Source of the DNA: a virus
Lineage: Duplodnaviria; Caudoviricetes
IMG/VR virus record: IMGVR_UViG_3300035661_000005
DNA: 64,000 nucleotides
Direction: 5' to 3' (one strand)
The notes under the pieces were generated by a model, which was not told the DNA's origin, did no database searches, and worked only from the letters and a program-made list of their open reading frames with translations. This document shows positions 1-8,866 of the stretch, one piece after another. How positions within the stretch are numbered: position 1 is the stretch's first letter; each line of letters begins with the position of its first letter. Both the position numbers and the translations under genes were made by a program.

Positions 1-81
1 AATCTCGGGACGAGCAAGCTGATCGACGTGGGCGACACGGCTTCATTCCAGGCTGGGGCGCTCTCCGTCACGGAGCAGTGA
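1..81 (+). CDS. 3' end of a small tail-fibre/collar-type structural protein (partial), paralogue of 1180..1566 and 1569..1979
   Basis: Frame 1 reads NLGTSKLIDVGDTASFQAGALSVTEQ*, matching the C-termini IAVNDQVKFPIGQLIASET and VLAGDQVKFPSGQLTVTGT of the two downstream paralogues. Confidence 0.75.
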   Translation, partial: NLGTSKLIDVGDTASFQAGALSVTEQ

Positions 82-89
82 GGTAGCCC

Positions 90-599
90 GTGGCGCCCCC
101 GGCGACCGTGGACCTCGGCACTGCCGACTGCACAGCCGATTCGGACTGCACCTCCCAGGTCGGTATCGAGTGGGCTCTCGGGTCCGTCATCTCGGCGGAC
201 TCGGCATCGGCCACGTCTCCAGGCGTCAATCACGGACTCGGAGCCGAGATGTTGGCCAACTCGCTCTCCTCGTCTTCGGCCCGGCTCGCTCGGAGGCTGA
301 CGGCTGCGGCACAGGCGGGCTCCGTCCTGGCTGCGGAGCTGGTCGAGGGGCAAAGGGAGACCGCCCACATCCTCGCCAACTCCTCTGTGTCCTCGGCGCT
401 CGTACAGCACCGTGGGATGGAGGCTTGGGCGCGGGCCAACTCGGCCTTCTGGATCTCGAATCTCAGCGTCCTCAAGGCCCCACCGAAGAAGCATCCCTCC
501 AAGGTCATCCCGAAGGTGGAGGTGCTTCCGCATCCGCAGCCTCCGCCGCCACACCCGACGGTGGGCCGGAGGCGGAAGACGACGGTTCCGGGGTCCTGA
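90..599 (+). CDS. Hypothetical structural protein with Ala/Ser-rich short repeats and Pro/basic C-terminus
   Basis: GTG start after GAGGT; its stop overlaps the next ATG (TGATG); recurring A-x-S motif. Confidence 0.6.
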   Translation: MAPPATVDLGTADCTADSDCTSQVGIEWALGSVISADSASATSPGVNHGLGAEMLANSLSSSSARLARRLTAAAQAGSVLAAELVEGQRETAHILANSSVSSALVQHRGMEAWARANSAFWISNLSVLKAPPKKHPSKVIPKVEVLPHPQPPPPHPTVGRRRKTTVPGS

Positions 600-769
600 T
601 GGCGCAGGTAGATCTCACGGCGGAGATCAGGGCGGCGGCTGATGTGGGAGTCCCCTACATCAGCCGCTCTTTCGCTGTGGTCACCACGATCCAGGCGGAC
701 TCGGGGCAGGCCATCGGGCGTCCAAGGCGGACGCTCAAGATCCAAGACATGAACGTGCGGAAGGGGTGA
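599..769 (+). CDS. Small hypothetical protein (56 aa, MAQVDLTAEIR...)
   Basis: ATG at 599 coupled to the upstream TGA; it is the C-terminal part of track ORF 170..769. Confidence 0.6.
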   Translation: MAQVDLTAEIRAAADVGVPYISRSFAVVTTIQADSGQAIGRPRRTLKIQDMNVRKG

Positions 770-773
770 GCCA

Positions 774-1172
774 GTGGCGACGACTCGTGGAAGGCTCGTA
801 CATGCGAACGACGTCGTACTGGACCAGTGCGACTTCTTTCAGCTGGATGGCTACACCCGGGTCACTGGGCTCACGCCGAACAACCTCACCTGCCAGCTCT
901 TCTTCCAGAACAGTTTGCAGCCGTGGCCCCTAGAGAGTGGGCAGGGTGTCTCGGATGCCCAGGTGGCTTCGGGAAAGGTCTACTGGCTGGAAGTGCCCGG
1001 GAGTCCGGGGATCTACAACGTCCGCTTCAGGCCGAACGCCATCGGCTATTGGCGGCTTCTGATCAACTACCCGGTCGGGACGCAGATCTCGGGGCAGGAT
1101 TACGACGTCACGCCGCTCCCGCCAACGGTGGACCAGGGGCTGAAGGCTTCACTTGTGAAACCCAAGTGCTGA
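774..1172 (+). CDS. Hypothetical beta-rich (Ig-like) virion protein
   Basis: GTG after AAGGGG; motif EVPGSPGIYNVRFRPNAIGYWRLLINY resembles small beta-sandwich modules; operon context. Confidence 0.6.
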   Translation: MATTRGRLVHANDVVLDQCDFFQLDGYTRVTGLTPNNLTCQLFFQNSLQPWPLESGQGVSDAQVASGKVYWLEVPGSPGIYNVRFRPNAIGYWRLLINYPVGTQISGQDYDVTPLPPTVDQGLKASLVKPKC

Positions 1173-1179
1173 GGACCCC

Positions 1180-1566
1180 ATGCCCAAGAGCTACTACCTC
1201 TGCAACAAGATGCTGGACGCCAACCTACGTGGCGTCGCCTACGTTCCCCCCTCGGCCGTCTACGTGGGTCTCTTCAGCACCGCGCCCACGGTCAACACTC
1301 CTGGGGTGGAGATCACGGGGAATGGGTACACCCGGCAGGTGGTGATCTTCGGTGCCCCGGTGAATGGGGTCAGCTCCAACACGGCGGACGTCGTGTACCC
1401 CGCAGCCACGCCGGCTGACTGGGGCACGATCACGTCCTTCGGGATCTTCGACTCTCCGGCGGGAGGCAATCTCCTCTACTTCGCCACCCTCTCGTCTTCC
1501 CGGTACATCGCGGTGAACGACCAAGTGAAGTTCCCGATCGGCCAGCTCATCGCCTCGGAGACCTGA
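1180..1566 (+). CDS. Small phage tail-fibre/collar-associated structural protein (paralogue 2)
   Basis: YVGLFSTAPT...EITGNGYTRQ...F.AP.NG...WGTIT.FGIFD...GGNLLYFA motif typical of small phage structural proteins; strongly similar to the next gene. Confidence 0.75.
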   Translation: MPKSYYLCNKMLDANLRGVAYVPPSAVYVGLFSTAPTVNTPGVEITGNGYTRQVVIFGAPVNGVSSNTADVVYPAATPADWGTITSFGIFDSPAGGNLLYFATLSSSRYIAVNDQVKFPIGQLIASET

Positions 1567-1568
1567 CC

Positions 1569-1979
1569 ATGCCCTCGACCTACGCCCTTCTCGATGGACT
1601 ACTCAGCGGGGTCCTCCGTGGACCATCGACCACCTCGCCTGGAGCTGCCTTCGCGCAGCCGGATGCCACGTACGTCGGCCTCTTCACGGCTGCGCCTACG
1701 GCATCCGGTGGCGGCACCGAGGTGTCCACGTCAGGCACCGGATACGCCCGGCAGCAGGCCAACTTCAACGCGCCCGTGAACGGGGTCGCGACCTCGACCG
1801 GCGACATCGTCTACTCCCAGGCGGTGACCTCCTGGGGCACGGTCACCCACTTCGGCATCTTCGACGCTGCCTCCGGTGGGAACCTGCTCTACTTCGCCGC
1901 CCTGCAGACGCAGCGCCAGGTGCTGGCGGGCGACCAGGTGAAGTTCCCCTCGGGCCAGCTCACGGTGACGGGTACCTGA
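1569..1979 (+). CDS. Small phage tail-fibre/collar-associated structural protein (paralogue 3)
   Basis: YVGLFTAAPT...EVSTSGTGYARQ...WGTVTHFGIFDAASGGNLLYFA; tandem duplicate of 1180..1566. Confidence 0.75.
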   Translation: MPSTYALLDGLLSGVLRGPSTTSPGAAFAQPDATYVGLFTAAPTASGGGTEVSTSGTGYARQQANFNAPVNGVATSTGDIVYSQAVTSWGTVTHFGIFDAASGGNLLYFAALQTQRQVLAGDQVKFPSGQLTVTGT

Positions 1980-2005
1980 TCACCCCGTTCTTCGACGGGG
2001 TGATC
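1978..2005 (+). promoter_or_regulatory. 11-bp perfect hairpin occluding the RBS of 2007..4418
   Basis: GATCACCCCGT (1978-1988) / ACGGGGTGATC (1995-2005), loop TCTTCG; ATG at 2007. Confidence 0.6.
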
Positions 2006-2006
2006 C

Positions 2007-4418
2007 ATGTCCCAGTCCCCGACCCAGCTTGGAGCCTCATTCTGGTGGAGGTGTGACCAGGGCCTTTCGCTAGACGGGTCCAACCTCGTCACGTCTTGGC
2101 TGGACGTGATCGCGGGGAAGTACCTGATTCAGCCCCAGGTGGCGGGCCGTCCTGGGATCACGTCGGGTCGCTACACGACGACGGCCGTCAACTTCGATGT
2201 ACCGGGTGCATACAACCCGGGGCTCTATGCAGGCGCTACGTCCTCCTCGGCAGACTCGGCAGCCAACTGGGGCTTCCTTCACAAGGGGACCACCTGGCAC
2301 ATCTTCGTCTGCGGCCGGATGACGAACATCAACGCGGCCCGCAACGGGTCAGGCAGCCGCGCGCTCATCAACAACTTCGCGAACGTCGGCGGCTCCGGGT
2401 ACAACGGGGCCTGGCTCTCGTGGAGCAAGTCGACGGGCCAGGTACAGAGCCGTATCTACAACAACAACTCGGCCATCATCGCCGGGAACACGGGGGCATT
2501 GGACCCCACGGTGTCCCCAGGCACCCTCTTCGAGTACAGGCTCCAGGACGACGGAAGCACGGGAGCCGACCTTTTCACCGTCGCGAACGCAGTCGCGATC
2601 AACTCGGCAGCCCGTTCCGGTGCCTACGCTGCAGGCAACGGCGGCGTCCTGATGGTCGGGTGTGATGGCAGCGGTGGGTACACGAGCCCGAACCAGTACG
2701 CCTACCCTTGGGGTGGGTACATCGAGGACATCGTCATCTTCAACGGCAGCGTCCTCACGGGGACGAGCCTTCAGGATCTCCGTGACTGGTTCATGGAGAA
2801 TAGGGGCGTCCCTCACGGGCTTGCGCTCGCTCAGGGCAACGTCACCCCGTCATTCACCCTGACCGGCACGCCGATCGAGATCTACGGCCCTAATGGTGCG
2901 GTCGTCTCCTCGTTCGACACGTCGGCCAACCTTCAGGGTACCCAGCAGCTCAGCGCGAACTTCTCCTTCAGCCTCGACACGAACGTCAACGAGATGGTGG
3001 TTAAGGCCATGGTGGGTCACACCACCATGGCCTTCGGCCCAGACGCCAACCTGCAGGGATCCATCAATCTGAGCCCGGCCTTCCCGTGGGGGATGGAGCT
3101 GGACGGGATCCTCAGCCAGGAGCGTCTCGTTGGTGGCGATGCGGCCTTCTCGTTCGAGACTGAGGGTGGCCTTCCGGCCAGCTTTCCCGTGGCAGGTGAT
3201 GCCCCGTTTGCCTTCAGTAGCGACGGGCAGGTGGAATTCATCTTCAAGGGGGTCATCGGCAACGCCCATACGCAATTCGAGCCCTGGGGCTTCCTAGATG
3301 GAACCCCCTTGATGGGGAACGTCGCCTTCGACTTCAAGCCCTCCAAGAGCATGGCCCTCATCATGCCCTTGAAGCAGGACATCGGTGTCGGTTTCGACCT
3401 TGAGGGGGATCTGGCCGCCGCCGCCAACTTGGAGGGGATCGCAACCTCGTCCTTCGTACCGGCTGCGGCTCTGGGCATCATCCAGCCCGGTTGCGGGAAC
3501 GCGACCTTCGGCTTCGATCCCGAAGGCTACTGCGGGACCGTCTTTCACCTAGCGGGTGCGGCCGTCTTCGCTTTCAATGCCACGGGCGACCTCGTCCCGT
3601 CCGTCACGCACACGGACATCTCCGGGGAAGCCGTGGGCTACGGCGACCTGATCGGAGACGTGTCGTACATCGACGGTATCGCCGGGGAGGCGCACGCCTG
3701 GGGAGACGTGGCCGGGGCGCTGAATGTAGCGAACGTCATCGGAGGGACGGCCGTCGGGGCGGGGGACATTCAGGCGTCTTTTACAGATACGATCATCTTC
3801 GGGGGTGTCATCAGCGGCGTAGGTATCCTGCTGGATCCCTACGAGGTGACGTCCATGGGGACTGTGGGCGGGACGGGGGACGTGATGGGCACGCTCGATG
3901 CCCAGGCTCTGCTCTTCGCCCGGCCCATGGTAGGTTTTGGAAGCCTCGGCTGGGCGGTTCCGGACCCTACGGTTGGTGCAGGGACGGTGGCCGCCTTCAT
4001 GGAGGTGGAGCACCTTCCGGAGCCGATCTGCTGTCCGTGCGCGAAGCCCCCTAAGCAGTTCCGGTGGGGGCAGGAGCTTACGAACGGGGATCTGACTTTC
4101 GCCCTGTGCGATACGGCAGGCAACCCCTTCTCGCCTCAGGTGATCAGCTACGCGATCTACAAGGTCATGAAGGGTGGGCAGTATAAGCAGCTCATCGGCC
4201 CGCCCGTTCGGCACCCGGTCATGGCGAAGGTCGGCTGCTACTACGCGGTCATCTCCCTCGACTGCGGGCAGCCGGGCGACTGGGTTATCGTTTGGACCTA
4301 TCAGCGGCACTGGTGGACCAAGCCGGAATGCGTGGAGGAGCCCTTCCGGGTGCTCGATGCCGTCCTCGCTGGCGGACCGGACTCGCTTCCCAGGTGCAAG
4401 AAGTTCGGGTGGGACTAA
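2007..4418 (+). CDS. Fibre-like protein: N-terminal LamG/concanavalin-like domain, central beta-strand repeats, Cys-rich C-terminal domain related to the adaptor N-terminus
   Basis: 803 aa; N-terminus FWWRCDQG...VTSWLD...LIQP resembles phage LamG-like modules; G-x-A-x-F-x-F repeats in the middle; C-terminal FRWGQELTNGDL...VGCYYA aligns with 4451 N-terminus. Confidence 0.6.
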   Translation: MSQSPTQLGASFWWRCDQGLSLDGSNLVTSWLDVIAGKYLIQPQVAGRPGITSGRYTTTAVNFDVPGAYNPGLYAGATSSSADSAANWGFLHKGTTWHIFVCGRMTNINAARNGSGSRALINNFANVGGSGYNGAWLSWSKSTGQVQSRIYNNNSAIIAGNTGALDPTVSPGTLFEYRLQDDGSTGADLFTVANAVAINSAARSGAYAAGNGGVLMVGCDGSGGYTSPNQYAYPWGGYIEDIVIFNGSVLTGTSLQDLRDWFMENRGVPHGLALAQGNVTPSFTLTGTPIEIYGPNGAVVSSFDTSANLQGTQQLSANFSFSLDTNVNEMVVKAMVGHTTMAFGPDANLQGSINLSPAFPWGMELDGILSQERLVGGDAAFSFETEGGLPASFPVAGDAPFAFSSDGQVEFIFKGVIGNAHTQFEPWGFLDGTPLMGNVAFDFKPSKSMALIMPLKQDIGVGFDLEGDLAAAANLEGIATSSFVPAAALGIIQPGCGNATFGFDPEGYCGTVFHLAGAAVFAFNATGDLVPSVTHTDISGEAVGYGDLIGDVSYIDGIAGEAHAWGDVAGALNVANVIGGTAVGAGDIQASFTDTIIFGGVISGVGILLDPYEVTSMGTVGGTGDVMGTLDAQALLFARPMVGFGSLGWAVPDPTVGAGTVAAFMEVEHLPEPICCPCAKPPKQFRWGQELTNGDLTFALCDTAGNPFSPQVISYAIYKVMKGGQYKQLIGPPVRHPVMAKVGCYYAVISLDCGQPGDWVIVWTYQRHWWTKPECVEEPFRVLDAVLAGGPDSLPRCKKFGWD

Positions 4419-4450
4419 ACTGATACTGTTCTCGTTCCACAGGTGACTAG

Positions 4451-5344
4451 ATGGGAACCGCGTTTTACAGGGGGCAGCAGCTGGGCCGGGGGGATCTCTC
4501 GATCTACTTCACGAACGCCTCTGGGACACCCTCGGATGCGGCCGAGATCACCTACGCGGTCTTCGACTTCACGACTGGCCAGGAGGTGCTCGTCGGGCCG
4601 AACCGTCGGCAGCCGGTGAGCGCGGCGGTTGGAGAGTACTACGCCTCCATCATCGTCCCGCTCGATGCGAACCTCGGGAGGTACAGGGTCCGTTGGACCT
4701 TCCGCGAGCTTCTCGGTGGGCCGATTCAGCAGGTCGTTCAGGAATTCGAAGTCATCGACAAGGGCACGACGCAGGTCATTACGACCTACTCCACGTGCGT
4801 CCTCGATCTCGTGGGGCGTCTACGCACGCTCCTCCGGGACAACAACCCCGACCGTAACTACCACTTCAGGCCACCGACGCACGAGGAGACGATCAACCAG
4901 TTCAACCGGGTCTTCGGCTACATCTGGGAAGATGCCGAGCTGGTCCAGTTCCTGGAGGCGGCGCTCAATACGATCGAGCTGTCTCCGCCCCTAACGCCCA
5001 TGGGTTCCTTGGAAGTCCTGTGTCAGCGGTGGTCGAGCTGGAGGACTGTCCTCCTGACGGGGGCCATGATCCACGCCCTCCAGGCGCTCCGTATCAACTG
5101 GATCGCGGATGAATTCGACTACAGCATCGGCGGTGTTAGCCTGACGATCGACAAGTCGTCCAAATACGAGGGCGCCCTCTCCACGAGCGTCGACCAGTTC
5201 GACAAGCAGCTCGAAAAGGCGAAGGCCACCGTCAACATCGTCCGCGGCCTCCAGCAGCCCCGGTACGGCGTCGGTATCCGCTCCGCGTTCGGCCCCTACG
5301 TCGGCCGCGGCGTGCTCAGCCCCCGTAAATTCGTGGGGTTGTAA
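4451..5344 (+). CDS. Head-tail adaptor (neck) protein with N-terminal Ig-like domain
   Basis: LRTLLRD...WEDAELVQFLEAAL...EFDYSIGGVSLTIDKS pattern typical of adaptor proteins; lies upstream of closure, terminator and sheath genes. Confidence 0.65.
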   Translation: MGTAFYRGQQLGRGDLSIYFTNASGTPSDAAEITYAVFDFTTGQEVLVGPNRRQPVSAAVGEYYASIIVPLDANLGRYRVRWTFRELLGGPIQQVVQEFEVIDKGTTQVITTYSTCVLDLVGRLRTLLRDNNPDRNYHFRPPTHEETINQFNRVFGYIWEDAELVQFLEAALNTIELSPPLTPMGSLEVLCQRWSSWRTVLLTGAMIHALQALRINWIADEFDYSIGGVSLTIDKSSKYEGALSTSVDQFDKQLEKAKATVNIVRGLQQPRYGVGIRSAFGPYVGRGVLSPRKFVGL

Positions 5345-5394
5345 CCTCAGCATTGAGGTAAAAGCTGAGAGCGTGTCCCCTCTCGGTGTAGGGG

Positions 5395-5784
5395 ATGGTT
5401 GGGATGAGCGTCACCCAGCTGATTCGGAGGATGCTACGGGAGGATCGTCCTCCTCAGCGGAACAAGCTCGTTCTACACCCTTGCCTATGTGGCTTCCGTG
5501 CCGAGTCCAGGCAGCGGATGCTGACGCACCGGCGTCAGTGCATGGATTGGAAGTACCGGAAGGACCCGGTCGGCCTGGCGAATTACCGCCGGTGGAAGAC
5601 GGAGAACCAGGGAAACCCGAACGCCCTCACGTGCCCCCTCTGTAAGCGGAAGACGAACCATCACGCCTTGACGTGTCCGGAGGGATTTGAGGAGAAGGAA
5701 CGTTGGGCCGCTGTGGAGCGGAATGGGATCCCCAAGCACCTCTTTAAGACCATCCTCCGCGAATTGGCCAAGCGGTACGTCTGA
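5395..5784 (+). CDS. Small accessory protein with two putative CCHC zinc fingers
   Basis: CLCG...H..QC and CPLC...H...C motifs; less GC3-biased than neighbours. Confidence 0.55.
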   Translation: MVGMSVTQLIRRMLREDRPPQRNKLVLHPCLCGFRAESRQRMLTHRRQCMDWKYRKDPVGLANYRRWKTENQGNPNALTCPLCKRKTNHHALTCPEGFEEKERWAAVERNGIPKHLFKTILRELAKRYV

Positions 5785-5831
5785 AAGTTCTTATGCGATC
5801 ATCCGAGTGAGGCACACATTCGGAGAACGCC

Positions 5832-6746
5832 ATGCCTGTTGCACCCGCCAAAATCGTTCATCGCTACCTTGCTGCTCGGTCGGCCCACGACGATGCCCGG
5901 TTCCAGCCGCCCAAGTGGCTCGTGGCGGCGGTCGACTCGGGGGAGATCCAGGTCGAGTGCCTCAACGTCTGGAAGTACGTCACCGACCAGCTCGGCAATC
6001 ACTTCGACTACGGCGCCGCCGTCAAGTACTGGCGGAACAAGTGCCTCAAGATGGGGTACGCGATCCCCGAGAAGTTCATCGAGGGTGGTGGTGGCGAGGG
6101 TGCCGCTGGGCCGTGGCGGGTCAAGACCGGCGACCAGATCGAGGAGTGGGTGAAGGCCACCCTCAAGTCGCATGGCCTCCTCGCGGACGTGGGTCGTTCG
6201 GTCCACGACTGGCAGATGGAGATCGGCAGCCTGGAGCGTGAGGTCGCCGAGGCCCAGGGTCGCGTGGACAAGCACCTGGCCGCGATGGCGGGTGGCAAGG
6301 TCAATGCCCAGCGCAAGAAGTGGCTGGACAGCGCCCAGGCGGACCTCATCAGGTTCAGCAAGCAGCTGAGCGAGGCCAACGACGAGATGCAGAAGCTCGT
6401 CAAGACGGCGGCCCGCTATGAGAAGCACAAGAGCCCGACGCTGGAATTCGAGAAGGAGTTCCAGTTCATGATGCTCGTGGCGTCCAAGGACTTCGACAAG
6501 AAGCAGATCCTGGAAGCCGTCTCGAAGGCGATCGAACGCTTCGAGACGGGCATGGAGATCCCGGACGCGGGACCGGGGGACGACTCCGCGAGGTACCAGG
6601 GCTACAAGGCGGCGGGCATCGGCGACCTCCTCGACAAGGCCATCAACTGGCTGAAGAGCGCCTGGGCGCTCTTCACCGGCTGGATCGCGGACCTCGCGGG
6701 GACGACCAAAAAGCTCGACAAGATGCTCAGCGAGGCCGGCGCCTAA
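5832..6746 (+). CDS. Hypothetical coiled-coil protein
   Basis: 304 aa, strong GC3 bias, SD GGAGA, central heptad-rich helix. Confidence 0.7.
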   Translation: MPVAPAKIVHRYLAARSAHDDARFQPPKWLVAAVDSGEIQVECLNVWKYVTDQLGNHFDYGAAVKYWRNKCLKMGYAIPEKFIEGGGGEGAAGPWRVKTGDQIEEWVKATLKSHGLLADVGRSVHDWQMEIGSLEREVAEAQGRVDKHLAAMAGGKVNAQRKKWLDSAQADLIRFSKQLSEANDEMQKLVKTAARYEKHKSPTLEFEKEFQFMMLVASKDFDKKQILEAVSKAIERFETGMEIPDAGPGDDSARYQGYKAAGIGDLLDKAINWLKSAWALFTGWIADLAGTTKKLDKMLSEAGA

Positions 6747-7078
6747 TCCTCCGGATCCAGGCCGACGTCCAACCGAGCGAGTCCCTTACGGACTCGCTCG
6801 GTTGCCTTCTTGGCCTCCCTCACGGCTTCGTGAGAGCCCACCTCGGCCGCCAAGCGCCGGCCTTCCGAGCCCTTCACGACCGCCGAGTCGAAATAACAGA
6901 TCAGGTCGTCCACGGTTGCGAAGAAAATGAACCTGGTGTAGTCCGGTGGGAGCCCCGACCGGCTTGTGGTGATGTGGGGTTCCCACCCGTACTGGGTGGA
7001 GACCCGATTGAGGGCGTGGAGCCCTCCTTCCGTAGCCCGATCCAGGGCTACGCGCAGATCAGTGACGTTGACGGGCAT
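6743..7078 (-). CDS. Hypothetical protein, divergent from 7141
   Basis: On the minus strand AGGAGG lies just upstream of the ATG; stop overlaps the stop of 5832..6746 (convergent). Confidence 0.6.
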   Translation of the reverse strand: MPVNVTDLRVALDRATEGGLHALNRVSTQYGWEPHITTSRSGLPPDYTRFIFFATVDDLICYFDSAVVKGSEGRRLAAEVGSHEAVREAKKATERVRKGLARLDVGLDPED

Positions 7079-7140
7079 AGACGAAACCTCCTGCGTGGAC
7101 TACAAGGCCACCGTAGGTGGGATCAACCAGGGAGATCCAA

Positions 7141-7461
7141 ATGAGCGACCAGACGAAGAAGCTGTCCCCGAGCGACCCCGTGACCCAGGAAGACCGGGAG
7201 AAGCTCAACAAGTTGGCCGAGGCGCAGTACGACATCGCCCTCCAGGTGTACGAGCTGGAGCAGCGCAAGGTGCAGCTCCTCGTCGCCGGGCGTCAGGTCG
7301 ACGGCGAGCGCTCGAAGCTCTTCGAGAAGATTCTCATGGATCGCGGGCTTCCGCCGAACGTGGCCGTCGAGATCGATGCCACCTCGGGGCTCATCAAGAT
7401 CCTACGCTCGGGTCAGCCGCCCGCTCCGATGGCGCAGCCGCCCGCTCCGCCATCGGAGTGA
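7141..7461 (+). CDS. Small coiled-coil protein with Pro-rich tail
   Basis: ATG at 7141 after GGGAGA; 106 aa. Confidence 0.7.
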   Translation: MSDQTKKLSPSDPVTQEDREKLNKLAEAQYDIALQVYELEQRKVQLLVAGRQVDGERSKLFEKILMDRGLPPNVAVEIDATSGLIKILRSGQPPAPMAQPPAPPSE

Positions 7462-7475
7462 CGGTTTCTCTTGTC

Positions 7476-7504
7476 CGCGGCTACCTTTTGAGGGGGTAGC
7501 CGCG
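7476..7504 (+). promoter_or_regulatory. 10-bp hairpin occluding the RBS of the head-closure gene
   Basis: CGCGGCTACC (7476-7485) / GGTAGCCGCG (7495-7504); ATG at 7505. Confidence 0.6.
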
Positions 7505-8866
7505 ATGCCGTACGCCACGAATCGGGACCGTTCGACGCCGACGCTGGAGACCACGAAGACCCCGTGGCCTGTGGCGCCGCTCAACGTGTTCCTGACTTCT
7601 GGTTGGGCACCCGGGGCCTATGACATCCGGTGGGACGACCCGTCGGTCCTTGCCCTCAACAGCCGATGGATGATCACCGGCGTCAACATCTACAGAAGCT
7701 TCGACTCGGAATTCGGACCCTTTCACAGGGTCACGGACATCCCGGTCGGGTCAACGTTCTGGCGTGATCGGACGGACATCGAGCTGATCGAGGACGAATT
7801 GGTCACGCCAGACCGTTGGGTTTACTTCGGCCCGCCGGCTAACGAGTCTCGCTTCCCGCAGTACGTGTTCCAAACGCAGTACGATCCGATCGTGAAGTCG
7901 GGCTCCCAGGGGATCCCAGCCAACACGCCGGATGACGTCTTCGTCTGGATCAACAACCAGCGGGCTCGTGTCCATGCTGTCCGGGGTCAGGCGGGGGAGA
8001 TCACGCTCGATCCGCGTGAATTCCCGAACGTGGCGCTCCAGAACTTCGATCCCGCCGTGGTCCCAGCAGCCCCCGATGCCGATGTGCGGGTGACGTACCG
8101 CCGGCTCAAGTCCCTTCTAAGGACCGACCTCGCCCAGCGGGTCTTCTACCGTATCTGCACGGTCGCCCTACCATCTGGGTGCGACCTCTCGTGCATCACC
8201 CCGAACGACTTCGTCGAGACGCCCCTGGAGCATGCGGCATCGACCTCGAATTACGAGATCGAGAAGCTGGACTACATGTGGCGGGAGAGCATCCGTCGGA
8301 ACCGCTGGATCCTAGAGCAGGGTGGCGAGCGGGTTCGGGTGTTCCTCCAGAAGCATGTGGGTCTCACGTGTGTCTGCATTCCGGACGGGTTGCACAAGCA
8401 GCCGCAGGCGGACTGCCTACGTTGCTTCGGGACGGGCGTCCTCGGGGGTTACGAGGGGCCGTACGAGACGATCATCGCCCCGGACGATGCTGAGCGGCGG
8501 ATCGCGCAGAAGGACATCGGGCGTACAGTCGAGCACACCTACGAGGTCTGGACCGGGCCGATCCCACTGCTCTCCATGCGGGACTTCCTGGTGAAGATCA
8601 ACGGGGAGCGCTACTCGATCGGTCCCGTCCGGATGCCTACGAACAGGGGCATGGTGCTCCAGCAGCACTTCAACATCGGGCATCTCGACGAGAAGGACAT
8701 CCGGTACAAGGTGCCGATGGACGACCCGGTTCGGTTCGCGGCGACGCAGTTCGCTCCGGCTCCGCCCGAGGAGGGTGGTCCAACGCCGATCACGGACAAG
8801 GACAACATCCCGGATGAGCGTGAGCTGCGCGGCCGTACGCTTGCCTGGGAGAACATCGAGTACTGA
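7505..8866 (+). CDS. Head-closure/neck protein with N-terminal fibronectin-III-like domain
   Basis: N-terminal PVAPLNV...YDIRWDDP...GVNIYRS (FN3-like); C-terminal GERVRVFLQK..GLTCVC...DCLRCFGTGVLGGY Cys motif as in head-closure proteins of large myoviruses. Confidence 0.65.
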   Translation: MPYATNRDRSTPTLETTKTPWPVAPLNVFLTSGWAPGAYDIRWDDPSVLALNSRWMITGVNIYRSFDSEFGPFHRVTDIPVGSTFWRDRTDIELIEDELVTPDRWVYFGPPANESRFPQYVFQTQYDPIVKSGSQGIPANTPDDVFVWINNQRARVHAVRGQAGEITLDPREFPNVALQNFDPAVVPAAPDADVRVTYRRLKSLLRTDLAQRVFYRICTVALPSGCDLSCITPNDFVETPLEHAASTSNYEIEKLDYMWRESIRRNRWILEQGGERVRVFLQKHVGLTCVCIPDGLHKQPQADCLRCFGTGVLGGYEGPYETIIAPDDAERRIAQKDIGRTVEHTYEVWTGPIPLLSMRDFLVKINGERYSIGPVRMPTNRGMVLQQHFNIGHLDEKDIRYKVPMDDPVRFAATQFAPAPPEEGGPTPITDKDNIPDERELRGRTLAWENIEY

